From NCBI RefSeq assembly GCF_001194135.2, contig NC_068982.1:97004688-97064896 (forward strand): a DNA stretch of 60,209 nucleotides, written 5' to 3'. The DNA is from Octopus bimaculoides. Taxonomy: Eukaryota. The position numbers and the translations under genes were made by a program. This document shows, piece after piece, positions 1 through 11,950 of this stretch (position 1 is its first letter; every line of letters starts with the position of its first letter). The notes below the pieces were generated by a model. It did not search any database. It worked only from the letters and a program-made list of their open reading frames with translations, and had not been told where the DNA came from.

Positions 1-670
1 AAACAGGCTAGAGTTGAAGTGCTCAGCATGAGCTAGAATTGAAATTAAAGTTAGAATGGAGACATAAGGGTGGACGACCACAGGAACAATACTGCATATC
101 CAACACAATAATTAATACATATGTGTGTGTTCAAATCATTCTAGAATCAAGAAATATAGTTTTAAGTCTCTAAAATGTCTAAAATAGTAAGATAAGATAA
201 AATAAGAGTACACATGCATATACAAGGACATAAACTTCAGAAATATCATGAATGTTCAAAATATTTATTTAAAAATATTTATAAACATGCATAGTTTTCA
301 AGTTGTATAAAAATATTTAACAATTTAAGACAATATATTACGATATATAAACGTTCAGTATGATTTAACAGATAGTGGGTAAATATATACAATGTGATAT
401 GATACGATATTACAAAATTTATATGTATTATATTAAAAACGTGTACATTATAAAAGGATATGTATATATACTATATAAAAAAAACCTGTACAATACAGAG
501 GTAATGTTAAAAGTTTACATCTATGGGCCGTTTCTGAGATGTGTCTATTAATATGGTGTAGTACTCATATTAGAAATAATTAGACACTCCCTTCACCAGG
601 ATGCTCTTTGTCACACAAAGAGAGGAAAGAATAAAAATATAAAAAGGTTACAGTGACATAATACAATATG

Positions 671-1400
671 TTAACACATAGGATTACATACATGTAAAAT
701 CAAAAGCACCCAATACATTACATTGGTCATATCTGAGAGGGCCATTATGAATAGTAGTGGTCCCAAAACAGTGCCTTGAGGAACACCGCTCACTATTTGT
801 ATGTCATTGGAGGTAGTCCCTTTGGCTAATACCACCTGACTTCTATCCTGCAGCCATTCTCCCAATTTCCCAACTATGCCGAGATCACGGAGTTTGTGAC
901 ATATCATTCCATGATCAACTTTATTGAAGGCCTTTGCAAAGTTGAGATATATCATATCCACATTTCAATAGTTGAGCAGCTCTTTCAACACCTAGTCAGT
1001 GTTGTAAGAGTTGAATCAGGCTGCTTCTTCCTGGTCGGAAACCATGTTGAGTGTCAGTCAGCAAGTCATTTTCCTCAATGAAGGTGATTGTTTTCTTCTG
1101 ACAATTCGTTCTATGTCTTTGCTGATGTGCAAGGTTAGAGAGATAGTCTGTAGTTTTTGGCCTCTGCTCTGCTACCTCCTTTATGAATAGGGCATATTTC
1201 ACCTCCTTGAGCTTGCTTGGAAGTTTGCCAGTTGCAAGAAAGCTCTGGAAGAGGGTCTGCAGTGGTCTTGCTAGGACTCGCTTACATGATTTTAGAAGGA
1301 CTACTGAGAATCCATCGGAGCCAGTAGCTGAGTTCGAGTGCCTTTCATCTATAGCACTTATTACAGCGTCTTCTTTTATATTGATGTAATCAATCATCAC
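671..1400 (-). mobile_element. Degenerate non-LTR retrotransposon RT fragment (CR1/L2/Jockey-like)
   Basis: Frameshifted ORFs carry RT motifs [22 protein letters not shown] and SGVPQGTVLGPLLF. Confidence 0.85.
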
Positions 1401-1424
1401 TGCCTCTGTTTTTGCATCTGCCGT

Positions 1425-1428
1425 TATG

Positions 1429-1462
<34 letters not shown>

Positions 1463-1540
1463 TGTGTATATATGTAAATATATATATACATATATCTATG
1501 TGTGTGTATGTATGTATATATATATGTGTGTGTATATGTG

Positions 1541-1612
<72 letters not shown>

Positions 1613-1625
1613 TGTGTGTGTGTGT
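1425..1625. repeat. Compound (TATG)n/(TA)n/(TG)n microsatellite
   Basis: Directly visible simple repeats. Many similar tracts occur across the window. Confidence 0.95.
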
Positions 1626-1775
1626 TTTATTCCAATGTGTACAAATAACACGGTAAAAATAAATGAATTGTTACCAGGGTAGCAAAAATTCACGTAAGTG
1701 CCAAGTATGTTACAGCTTACTTATAAAGGTAGAATTTCCAAAGTTAAATGAAATGATTTTGATAACATAGATAAC

Positions 1776-2132
1776 TTAAGAAATGGGGTTAAACGCAGGT
1801 TTTATTCAAATCTTTATACTTCCGACATATGTTGCGAAGAAAACATTGATATTATTCTGGAGGGAATAAAATGATGTAAAACAACGCAATCATCTCGTCA
1901 GGAAAAAAAACCAAAAAAAAACCATCAATAAGCCATTTTAACTGAATGTGATTACCGCGTATATGATTAAAATAGCTTATTGATGTATTTTGTTTCTGTT
2001 TTTTCCCTGACGAGATGATTGCATTGTTTTACATCATTTTATTCCCTCCGGAATAATATCAATGTTTTCTTCGAAACATATGTCGGAAGTATAAAGATTT
2101 GAATAACACCTGCCTTTAACCCCATTTCTTAA
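1776..2132. mobile_element. Fold-back element 1 carrying a hammerhead ribozyme (Penelope-like/retrozyme-type, non-autonomous)
   Basis: About 135 bp inverted arms (ttaagaaatggggttaaa...ctcgtcaggaaaa versus ttttccctgacgag...tttaaccccatttcttaa). The right arm runs into the N gap. Confidence 0.7.
2002..2089 (+). ncRNA. Type I hammerhead ribozyme with extended stem II
   Basis: UUCC(2003-06)-CUGACGA(2007-13)-stem II (GAUGA/UCUUC, CAUUG/CAAUG, UUAUUCC/GGAAUAA)-GAAAC(2073-77)-AUAU-GUC(2082-84)-GGAA. Stem III is the palindrome ACAUAUGU. Confidence 0.75.
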
Positions 2133-2309
2133 NNNNNNNNNNNNNNNNNNNNNNNNNNNNNNNNNNNNNNNNNNNNNNNNNNNNNNNNNNNNNNNNNNNN
2201 NNNNNNNNNNNNNNNNNNNNNNNNNNNNNNNNNNNNNNNNNNNNNNNNNNNNNTATATATATATTTATATTAAATCTCTGGGAGAGAAGTAAACAGTAGC
2301 AGCACGGAA

Positions 2310-2730
2310 TCGTGGAGTATATTTGTTCCATAGGGGATGATGCTACTGTTGTTTATAACCCCAGGAGAACATCTCCTCCAGCTGTCTAATGACACACTGT
2401 CTGTGTCTGATTAGTATTTGTGAAGGGAAATCATCGTTCCCATATCTAGCCTTATGTGATACACACAGACCCAGGTTTCTGAGTAGTAATCCGTCATCGG
2501 TATCTGGCGATTATCACACACTGATGACGGGTTACTACTCAGAAACTTGGGTCTGTGTGTATCAGGTAAGGCTAGAGATGGGAACAATGATTTCTCTTCG
2601 CAAATACTAATCAGACACAGACAGTGTGCCAATAGCCAGCTGGAAGAGATATCCTCCTGAGTCTATAACAACAGTAACATCATCCTGTATGGGACCACCA
2701 TATTTAGGTAGCAAATAAACTTCACGATAT
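2310..2730. mobile_element. Fold-back element 2 carrying a hammerhead ribozyme
   Basis: About 180-200 bp inverted arms centred near 2510. It shares its distal motif (gccagctggaagag...cctcctg...aacagtaacatc...atgggac) with elements 3 and 4. Confidence 0.75.
2515..2559 (+). ncRNA. Minimal type I hammerhead ribozyme
   Basis: CACACA-CUGAUGA-C-GGGU(uacu)ACUC-A-GAAAC-UUGG-GUC-UGUGUG. Stem I is a perfect 6 bp, and predicted cleavage is after C2553. Confidence 0.8.
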
Positions 2731-2943
2731 ATCTTCATGGCGTATCATCAAACCCTAAGACTTGTTGGCCTTAGGGTCTAATAATACGCCATAAAGGTAC
2801 TGTTTAAGGTGAGAAACCCAGGGTAACCCTATAAATAGGCTTTCACCAGCAATAAATAGAGACTGCTCTACTTCTTAGAGTGTTCTTCTCCGTTTTTATG
2901 TTTTTCTAAATAAAAAACGAGATATATATATATATACACACAT

Positions 2944-3111
2944 AGGCACAGGAGTGACTGTGTGGTAAGTTGCTTGCTTACCAGCCACACGGTTCCGGGT
3001 TTAGTCCCACTGCGTGGCATCTTGGGCAAGTGTCTTCTACTATAGCTTTGGGCAGACCAAAGTCTTGTGAGTGGATTTGGTAGACGGAAACTGAAAGAAG
3101 CCCGTTGTATA

Positions 3112-3144
<33 letters not shown>

Positions 3145-3363
3145 NNNNNNNNNNTGTGTGTGTGTGTGTGTGTGTCCCTAGCATTGCTTGACAAGCAACC
3201 GATGCTGGTGTGCTTATGTCCCCGTCACTTAGCGGTTCGGCAAAAAGAGACCGATAGAATAAGTACTAGGCTTACAAAGAATAAGTCCCGGGGTCGATTT
3301 GCTCGACTAAAGGTGGTGCTCCAGCATGGCCGCAGTCAAATGACTGTAAGAAGTAAAAGAGTA
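2944..3363 (+). mobile_element. tRNA-type SINE, family A
   Basis: Head gagtgactgtgtggtaag...ggttccgggtttagtcccac, internal microsatellite, tail ccagcatggccgcagtcaaatgactg. Multi-copy within the window. Confidence 0.85.
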
Positions 3364-3592
3364 TATATATATATATATATATGTATATATAGAGAGAGAG
3401 AGAAAGAGAGAGGATAGAACTAAGGGACTTAACTTACACAGTGTTTTCTTCTTCAAGTTTCCCCGTATTACCTCCCCTAAGCTAGCCTACGTGACTGCCA
3501 TTATTAATATTGATAGTCACACGCGTACTAGTTTCACTCCGACGTAACTTATCCAGATTTGTTGTTGGCGCCAACGCAGTCCGATTGTTAGA

Positions 3593-4351
3593 ATGGCGTT
3601 ACTGATTCAAGAGGTCAGTAGAGCTGCTCGTAGGGCCTTTTCTGGTGGTCTGAAGGAGCCCGTGTTCCAGGAAAAGCTGAACGAACTTGTTAAATTAATG
3701 AACCAAGTAAGAGGAAGAGATGTTAACTTTAACCCAGCTTTAACTGAGAGAAGCAAAAACAATAATGCTCCGGTCACATACATTCATATTTTTGAAGACG
3801 AAGTGTACAGTATGGGGATATTTGTCTTGAAAGAAAACAGCCGGATTCCTTTACATGATCATCCAGGTATGTTTGGGATAATTAAAGTCATCCATGGAAC
3901 TCTGTCTCTCGAATCATTTGATGAATTACCCGTTTCATCAGAACAACCTACCTCGTCTGCTTCCACTACAGCTACTAGCTTTAACAATGAATTTAAGAAA
4001 TTTCTCAGAGATTACGACAGGACACCAAAGCCATTTTTGGAGGTACCCAAAAAGAAAGCATCCGTGAACGACGATTGCTGTGTATTGTCACCTACAAAGG
4101 GTAACCTTCACGAAGTTCGACCCGATGGTGGACCTGCGGCCTTCCTTGATATCCTGGCTCCGCCCTACGATACGGACTCTGATAGGAGATGTAATTATTA
4201 CGAAATAACCAAAGGGCATTCGCCACCTAGGCCACTCAGTCAACCAGAAGACAGTTCTCAGAAAATATCATGGCTGGTTCAAATTCAACAGCCGTCTGAC
4301 TTTTGGTGCGACGAGTCTGATTACAACGGCCCCGAAATACCCAGCCATTAA
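3593..4351 (+). CDS. ADO: 2-aminoethanethiol (cysteamine) dioxygenase, PCO/ADO cupin family; single exon, 252 aa
   Basis: Intact ORF with VTYIHI, IPLHDHPGM (two Fe-binding His), NLHEV (third His), PAAFLDILAPPYD and RCNYY, the equivalent of the Cys-x-Tyr motif. Confidence 0.93.
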   Translation: MALLIQEVSRAARRAFSGGLKEPVFQEKLNELVKLMNQVRGRDVNFNPALTERSKNNNAPVTYIHIFEDEVYSMGIFVLKENSRIPLHDHPGMFGIIKVIHGTLSLESFDELPVSSEQPTSSASTTATSFNNEFKKFLRDYDRTPKPFLEVPKKKASVNDDCCVLSPTKGNLHEVRPDGGPAAFLDILAPPYDTDSDRRCNYYEITKGHSPPRPLSQPEDSSQKISWLVQIQQPSDFWCDESDYNGPEIPSH

Positions 4352-4960
4352 GGGGCCTCCACCGTATCACTTATTAATGTTGTCTTTCCCCATTCCAACA
4401 TTCATGTATTGTTTGTCTGACAATAGTACATGAACACCCTTACTCACATCATATTTGTAGATGATGTATTTTATTAAGGTTAAGGAATTTCCTCTCGTTG
4501 GGATTTTGCTTTTCACAGTTTATGTTTTTGTTGTGTTTTGTTATTCTAATAACAATGAATGCAAAACATTTTGGTGCTTATGAAATGACATTAGTAAATA
4601 ACAGTATGACATGTCAGAAACAGTTACTACCATACACATGCATTATATACATACATACATATNNNNNNNNNNNNNNNNNNNNNNNNNNNNNNNNNNNNNN
4701 NNNNNNNNNNNNNNNNNNNNNNNNNNNNNNNNNNNNNNNNNNNNNNNNNNNNNNNNNNNNNNNNNNNNNNNNNNNNNNNNNNNNNNNNNNNNNNNNNNNN
4801 NNNNNNNNNNNNNNNNNNNNNNNNNNNNNNNNNNNNNNNNNNNNNNNNNNNNNNNNNNNNNNNNNNNNNNNNNNNNNNNNNNNNNNNNNNNNNNNNNNNN
4901 NNNNNNNNNNNNNNNNNNNNNNNNNNNNNNNNNNNNNNNNNNNNNNNNNNNNNNNNNNNN

Positions 4961-4996
<36 letters not shown>

Positions 4997-5394
4997 GCAT
5001 ACAGGCACGTATGAGTATGTATGTACTTACGAATGAGTGTATATATTGTTTCTTCTGGGCGGAGTCTCATAAAATAGACAATATATAAAAATGAAACCAA
5101 ACAGACCTTTTTAACAAGTAAAAAAGCATATCTTCGAAAGATATGTTGCATCCAAATGTTTGTTTTACGAAAGTGAAACTGATGTAAACTCGAGGATCTC
5201 TCTTTCTCTATCTATCTATATATATTTATACATACATATGTGTGTGTGTATACACATATATTTACACACAGATGCCATTTTCAGATGGAACTATATGCGC
5301 CTTTAATGCTCATCACATGAATGTCATCATTTTTCATTCCGAATAAATATGTTAAAAAAGAAAGGTAAAGGTCATTTATGCATTCCTCTCTCCT

Positions 5395-5444
<50 letters not shown>

Positions 5445-6249
5445 TAATGTATGCAAAATTATATATAAAACTTTCCTAAATATTTTGTATAAACCTTTAA
5501 CATATTTCTTGTAAGGTTTATATTGTAATAATTGTTTTAAAATCGAATTTGCATCAGGAACTTTTGTGCAATATTTATTTATTTACTTTTAAATTCTAAA
5601 GTCACACATGGTTCCATTTAATGAAACACTGAAAATAAAGAATACAGAACCTTTTCTGATTCTTCAACTGATATGAGATTTGATTCTTTTGAATATTGTA
5701 GAACATTTCCTGATTGTGTATAAAAATTTAATTGTTACCTAATGAAAATGAATGGCAGATGATTTAATGACTCAAGCAGCCTGACCCTTCTCACCAATTT
5801 CTTGGTATCAAATATATAACAACTATCTTTGGATATATCTGGTGATACCTAACCCAGACAACGAAGATGCATTAGTATTAAGATGCATGATGAACCAGCC
5901 TCAATTGTTTGAATTGAAAGTATGGGCTAGACTCTGTAACCCAACACTATATTCCAGCATTTCGTTACTATTACTTTTACTATAATTTAATTCAGGGATT
6001 TTTAATAATTTTCATTAGATCGTCTATAGTGTTAGGTTTTTAGCAAACTAAATTCCCAAATACCTTTTGTAGAAAATATAGAAATATGTGGATGTCATTT
6101 AATTCAATACCATAATTTTCAATGTGTGTGTGTGTTTATAAAGAAACCATTAATAATTCCAAAGCAAGTTGTTGGAATCTGTGCAGACTGTAGAGAGCAT
6201 GGCTAAAGCTTTCATTGTATCTAGTTGAATATCTTGATAGCTGAATATT

Positions 6250-6357
6250 TTTAGAAGTGTATAATTTTGAGTTCAGTCCCACTGTATGGCACCTTGAGCA
6301 AGTGTCTTCTACTATAATCCTGACCCAGAACCAGAGAAGAGTCCACTGTATGTACGT

Positions 6358-6421
<64 letters not shown>

Positions 6422-6610
6422 GTACATGAGTGTGTGCTACTGTTTCCTTGCCTTGACATTGTGTGATAGTTGTAAGCAAGTGTCACTGTCATGCAAGCAG
6501 TGTCTTTTGTTTCAAATCGTCTGTGAAAACATGTTTGGCCATGAGGAAATATTACCTTACTTGGAAAGAAATAAAGGTTGGCAACAGGAATCATTTCAGT
6601 TAACTGTATC
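6250..6610 (+). mobile_element. SINE (family A head, RTE-like tail variant), copy 1 of a local duplicate pair
   Basis: Near-identical to 7535-7860, including the private motif cctgacccagaaccagagaagagtccactgtatg. Confidence 0.75.
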
Positions 6611-6834
6611 TCCCTGCACACCGAAACTGGCCTTGCAAGACATTTTACTGAAAACTTTTATTTTTGAATGTATTTAGTATTTTAATCTTGAATTTAAAAA
6701 TCCCAATACATGTCATGTAATTGGTATTTTGGGGATAATGCTTAGCCCAATTCATCCTTGATCAAGCAGACCCATTATCAAAGCCATTCTAGTCATGCCC
6801 ATCCTTTCTTTTTGTATAGCAGACATGTGACTTT

Positions 6835-7215
6835 GGAGGCACTGATGTGGATGTGTGGTAAAGAAGCTTGCTTCCCAACCATGTGGTTAAGGGTTCAGTC
6901 CTATTGCACAGTACCTTGAGCAAGTGTCTTCTACTATAACTCCACACAGGCCATGTGTGGATTTTGTATGTGAAAACTGAAAGAAGCCCGATGTTTGTGT
7001 GTGTACCTTTGTCTTGACATCATGTGGTGGTTGTAAATGAGTATCACTATCATACAAACAAGTTTATTTCCAGTTTTGCAGGAAAATATTCCCTTGTTAG
7101 AAAATGGATCAGAGTTGGTGTCAGTAAAGTTGACATTTGCTGTTGAAAATTTACCTCAATTTCTGTCTGACTCTTGCAACTATAGAAAGGTGGATGTTAA
7201 ATGATGATGATGGAC
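6835..7215 (+). mobile_element. Decayed SINE with RTE-like tail
   Basis: Head tgtgtggtaaagaagcttgcttcccaacc; ends in gtggatgttaaatgatgatgatg. Confidence 0.7.
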
Positions 7216-7534
7216 TGCATTGTACAATGTGGCATTCCTTAGTTGTTAAGATGGTGTGATTTGAGGACTGTAGTTTCTAGCAGGTTGAGTTGTACAAGTC
7301 TGAACTTGAATTTTTACGAATGGTAGAAAATTTTGTTTAAACTTTGTTACAAGCTTACTTTATCTTTCATCCATCTAGGTCAATAAAATATCTACCATCA
7401 AAATGCACACAAATTAGTGTCAAACCAATTTGGTAACCTTTATGTCATTGTTCAACTTACAACAAATAGCAGTCAAATCTCATTCAAATCATACTTTTGT
7501 AATTTAAAAAAAAATGTGTGGTATTAAGTTTGCA

Positions 7535-7640
7535 TCTCAACCACATAATTTTGAGTTCAGTCCCACTGTATGGCACCTTGAGCAAGTGTCTTCTACTATA
7601 GTCCTGACCCAGAACCAGAGAAGAGTCCACTGTATGTATG

Positions 7641-7685
<45 letters not shown>

Positions 7686-7945
7686 GTACATGAGTGTGTG
7701 CTACTGTTTCCTTGCCTTGACATTGTGTGATAGTTGTAAGCAAGTGTCACTGTCATGCAAGTGGTGTCCTTTGTTTCAAATCGTCTGTGAAAACATGTTT
7801 GGCCATGAGGAAATATTACCTTACTTGGAAACAAATGAAGTTTGGCAACAGGAAGTGTATTTGGCTGTAGAAAACCCACCTCAGCAAATTCTATCTGATA
7901 TGTGCAAACATGGAGAAGAGAATGGTTAAAATGGTGATGATGACG
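7535..7945 (+). mobile_element. SINE with RTE-like tail, copy 2 of a local duplicate pair
   Basis: Matches 6250-6610 and continues to a (tga)n-like tail. Confidence 0.75.
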
Positions 7946-8129
7946 TTTAATATGATCTATGATACACTATGTCTGTCAAAAAGCAGTATGGTCACAGGAA
8001 TACTCTTATGACTGCTTACTTGACAACTACTTGGTTGCACTGCTTTTGCAAATTCCCATGACTCCCTGTCACCATCCAATTCCATTATTATGAATTTGAA
8101 TTGGGACCTTGAGTCATAGTGAATCTTTC

Positions 8130-8490
8130 AGAGTGGCTGTGTGGCAAGTAGCTTGCTTACCAATCACATGGTTCCAGGTTCATTCCCACTGCGTGGCACC
8201 TTGGGCAAGTGTCTTCTTCTATAGCCTCGGGCTGACCAAAGCCTTGTGAGTGGATTTGGTAGATGGAAACTGAAAGAAGTCTGTCGTATATATGTATATA
8301 TATGTATGTGTATGTATATGTTTGTGTGTCAGTGTGTTTACATCCCCAAACTTAGCGGTTTGGCAAAAGAGACTGATAGAATAAGTATTGGGCTTACAAA
8401 GAATAAGTCCTGGGGTCGATTTGCTTGACTAAATGGCGGTGCTCCAGCATGGCCGCAGTCAAATGACTGAAACAAGTAAAAGAGTAAAGA
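8130..8490 (+). mobile_element. SINE family A
   Basis: Same head and tail as 2944-3363. Confidence 0.85.
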
Positions 8491-8907
8491 GTAACTATGG
8501 ATGCATTGCAGTTACTCTCTTGATAGTGCTTGGTGATCCTGACTATTGATCTAAGATTACTCAGCATCAATGTAAGAAGCACTGTTGGCTTAGTTGAGCT
8601 CTTCCACTACCTCTTCACAATCTGTCATACTGCATTCCCATGACTTCGCCTTGTCCCTGGCAAAGTGACTGAATGGCTGCTGTGCCTTGCCAAGGGGCAA
8701 CCTGTAACTATGCATGGCATGGTTATCATTCCATAAGATATTTTCAAAATGCCTGCATACCCATTGACAATTACAAGATCATAAATTAGCCTTGTGTGCA
8801 GTCAAAGTTTTAGACATTTTCAATTGTTATGTATGAATGTGCTCTGAAACTATTTTGGATGTATTTGAGAGTTTATATATATATATATATATATAAATAT
8901 ATACATA

Positions 8908-9480
8908 CAGGTTGTGATGGGTAAATTGTTGCCATTTTGTATTTTTAATTTCATGCATGTGCATTGTTTGTTTTTGATTTTGACTACACAGTATAATAGG
9001 GTCAATTGGGCACCGTCTGTGAGAAAAACACCACCATGACACAACTCACTCAGCCAGAAATTTGGAAACAGCATGTACTGCTTGGCATTCATGCCGGAAC
9101 CTCCAATATGAACATTTCAGAATGTTTGGGTTTCAGTCTGAGGACATATATCAAGACTGATAAAAATTAAAACATCCAGTCAGCATCATGGTGTTTGGAG
9201 TGATCATTAGTGTTGGTGATGTTATGCCTCCATTCATCTTCCCACAGAAGATTATGGTAGCATTCACCAAGTTAAACAAGGAGATCATCCAAAGAGTTGT
9301 AGGAGATTCCGAAGTCGTCTGGAGGCTGTAATAGAAGCCAATAGCAATTTTATTGAATAAATTTACTCTTTAGTATTTCAAGATATTTTTCTGTAATTTT
9401 GGTAAAATTTGTTAAAAAGAGATGTCAGTGCTATTTTCACTTTTGTGTAATTTAGATAACAGTTTAATCACTGCACCTTG
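8908..9480 (+). mobile_element. Internally deleted maT/DD37D-like Tc1-mariner element
   Basis: TA-flanked ends (caggttgtgatgggtaaa...tttaatcactgcaccttg). Homologous to 17743-18574 and 40483-41748. Confidence 0.8.
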
Positions 9481-9734
9481 TATGTATATATATATATAGA
9501 GATAGATAGATAGATAAATAGATAGATATTATCTTGGTTCCACAACCAAGTAGAAGTTGTTTGTCTATTATATATATATGATCCCATAAGCTAATCTGTC
9601 CTTTTTTTTTTTAAGATGATAGATGAGATTTGGATGGTGTTTCTGACAGGTTCAGTGGCCATGTAAATTTTTCTTTGTTAGTTCAACCAAATAGAAGTCT
9701 CTAGTTGTAGAGGTAGAACTTGTGGCATCAGATG

Positions 9735-10541
9735 TGGTGTGCAAGAGAGATGACTGTGCTGGTATGGTCATGTGTTGTGTATGGATAAGGACAGTTGTGT
9801 GAAAAAGTGTCACACCCTAGCAGTAGAGGGAACCTGTGGAAGAGGTAGACCCTGGAAGACCTGGGATAAGTGTTGAAGCACAACCTTCGAATGTTGGGCC
9901 TCACCGAGGCGATGACAAGTGACCAAGACCTTTGGAGATATGCTGTGCTTGAGAAGACCTGGCAAGCCAAGTGAGACCATAGCCCCTAACCGTGGCCTAT
10001 GCCAGCGCAGCATAACCAATCCATTTAAGAGTGCGCTTGCGAAGACCTGTTGAGGCAAGTGAAGTTGTTGTGGATGATGACAGTACCGCCTCATTGACAC
10101 CCGTGCTGGTGGCATGTAAAAAGCTCCCATTCGAGCGTGGTCGATGCCAGCGCCACTTGACTGGCTCCTGTGCTGGTGATATGTAAAAAGCACCATTTGA
10201 GTGTGGTCGATGCCAGTGCCGGCTGACTGGTCCTGTGCCAGTGGCAAGTAAAAAGCACCATTAAAGTATGGTCATTGCTTGTGCTGCCTGACTGGCTCCT
10301 ATGCCAGTGGCACATAAAAAAGCACCATTCAAGCATGGCCAATGCCAGTACCGCCTGACTGGCCCTTGTGCCAGTGGCACATAAAAAGCACCCACTACAC
10401 TCTTGTATAGTGGTTGGCATTAAGAAGGCATCCAGCTGTAGAAACATTGCCAGATCGGATTGGAGCCTGGTGCAGCCTTCTAGCTCGCCAGCCCTCAGTC
10501 AGACCGTCCAACCCATGCTAGCATGGAAAGTGGACGTTAAT
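9735..10541 (+). mobile_element. RTE LINE 3' end with ~66 bp minisatellite in the 3' UTR
   Basis: C-terminal coding remnant (GRGRPWKTW...AMTSDQDLWRYAVLEKT), about 4.5 repeats at 10103-10400, and a gtggacgttaa tail. Confidence 0.8.
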
Positions 10542-11334
10542 GAAACTATCAAGGAAGTCCCTATCACTTGAGATCATTACATATATTGGGCTGAGAAATT
10601 CAGGATTCTGTATGTATTTCATCACTTTATAGCTCTTGTATGTAATTTGTTTAGTATAATCTTTCATTAATTTATTTTATTTTATTATGTTTTATGTTAA
10701 AAAAAATTTAAAGCTGTTTTATATTTTCTGTTTTTATTACACATTAACTTTGAAGATTCCCAGTTTTTTTTTCCTATGTTATTTAAACTAAAATATAGAT
10801 TATGTTCCAGTTATTTTGCTTTACTGTTAATTTCTTAACTAAAAACTAACTTCATTAAAAGTTTTAATGAAATTTATTATTTTTTTTATCTGTTTTGTAA
10901 ATTTAGATAATTGCCAATGAATTGTTCAAGCAATTAACTGCTATTTGTTCTCATTACAACTAACCACTTATTGTAAAGTAGCACCTGTTGCCAGTGTTAT
11001 ATTGTTGGTCAATATCAAAAGAAAATGAGCTGAATATATCATGAAGTTATATTCAAATAAATATCATATATTTAAATGCAGTACACACTGTAAAGTGGTT
11101 GGTGTTAGGAAGAACACCCAGCCATAGAAACCATGCCAAAGCAGACACTTGAACACAGTGCAATCTTTGGGCCCATCAAATCCTGTCAAACTGTCCATCC
11201 CATTTCAGCATGAGAAAATGGACATTAAATAATCCTTTCCACAATAGGCACAATGCCTGAAATTTTGGTGGAAGGGGGCAGTCAATTAGATCGATCTCAG
11301 TACACAACTGGTACTTAATTCTTTTCTACTCGAG

Positions 11335-11530
11335 ACACAAGGCCAGAAATTTTTTGGGAGGGGGCCAGTTGATTAGATCGACTCCAGTACATAACTGGTA
11401 CTTAATTCATCGACTCCGGAAGGATGAAAGACAAAGTTGACCTTGGAATTTTAACTCAGAACGTAAAGACAGATGAAATACTGCTAAGCATTTCGCCTGG
11501 CGTGCTAATGATTCTGCCAGCTCGCTGCCT
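11335..11530 (-). mobile_element. SINE family B
   Basis: Reverse complement of aggcagcgagctggcagaatc...ttctgagttaaaattcc...ctttcatcctt. Confidence 0.75.
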
Positions 11531-11729
11531 TCATGAACATTAAATATTGATGTTTCTAAAGAGTGAAGGAAATTGACTGCTTTTCGAATAATTGGTACAT
11601 GCTGGGGTACCACTATGATGGATTTAGTCATATAAATTAACCCCAGTTCATATTATTTTTTTACTCCTCTTCCTCCTCCTCCTTCTCCTTTATCATCATC
11701 ATCATTATCATTATCATTATCATTATTAA

Positions 11730-11950
11730 GAAGGCAGTGAGCTGGTAGAATTATTAGCACGCCGGATAAAATGCTTTGCAGCATTTCATCCATCTTTACA
11801 TTCCAAGTTCAAATTCTGCCAAGGTTAGCTTTGCCTTTCATCCTTTTGGGGTGAATAAATTAAGTATCAGTGAAACATTGGGGTCGATGTAATCAACTAG
11901 TCTCTCCATCCCCTCCAAAATTTCAGGCCTTGTGCCTATAGTAGAAAGAC
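11730..11950 (+). mobile_element. SINE family B (CpG-decayed)
   Basis: aaggcagtgagctggtagaa...ttcaaattctgccaagg...ggccttgtgcctatagtagaaag. Confidence 0.75.

Noticed and set aside
5780-5985. Stop-free plus-strand frame of about 65 codons
   Set aside because: No convincing start, splice sites or recognisable motif.
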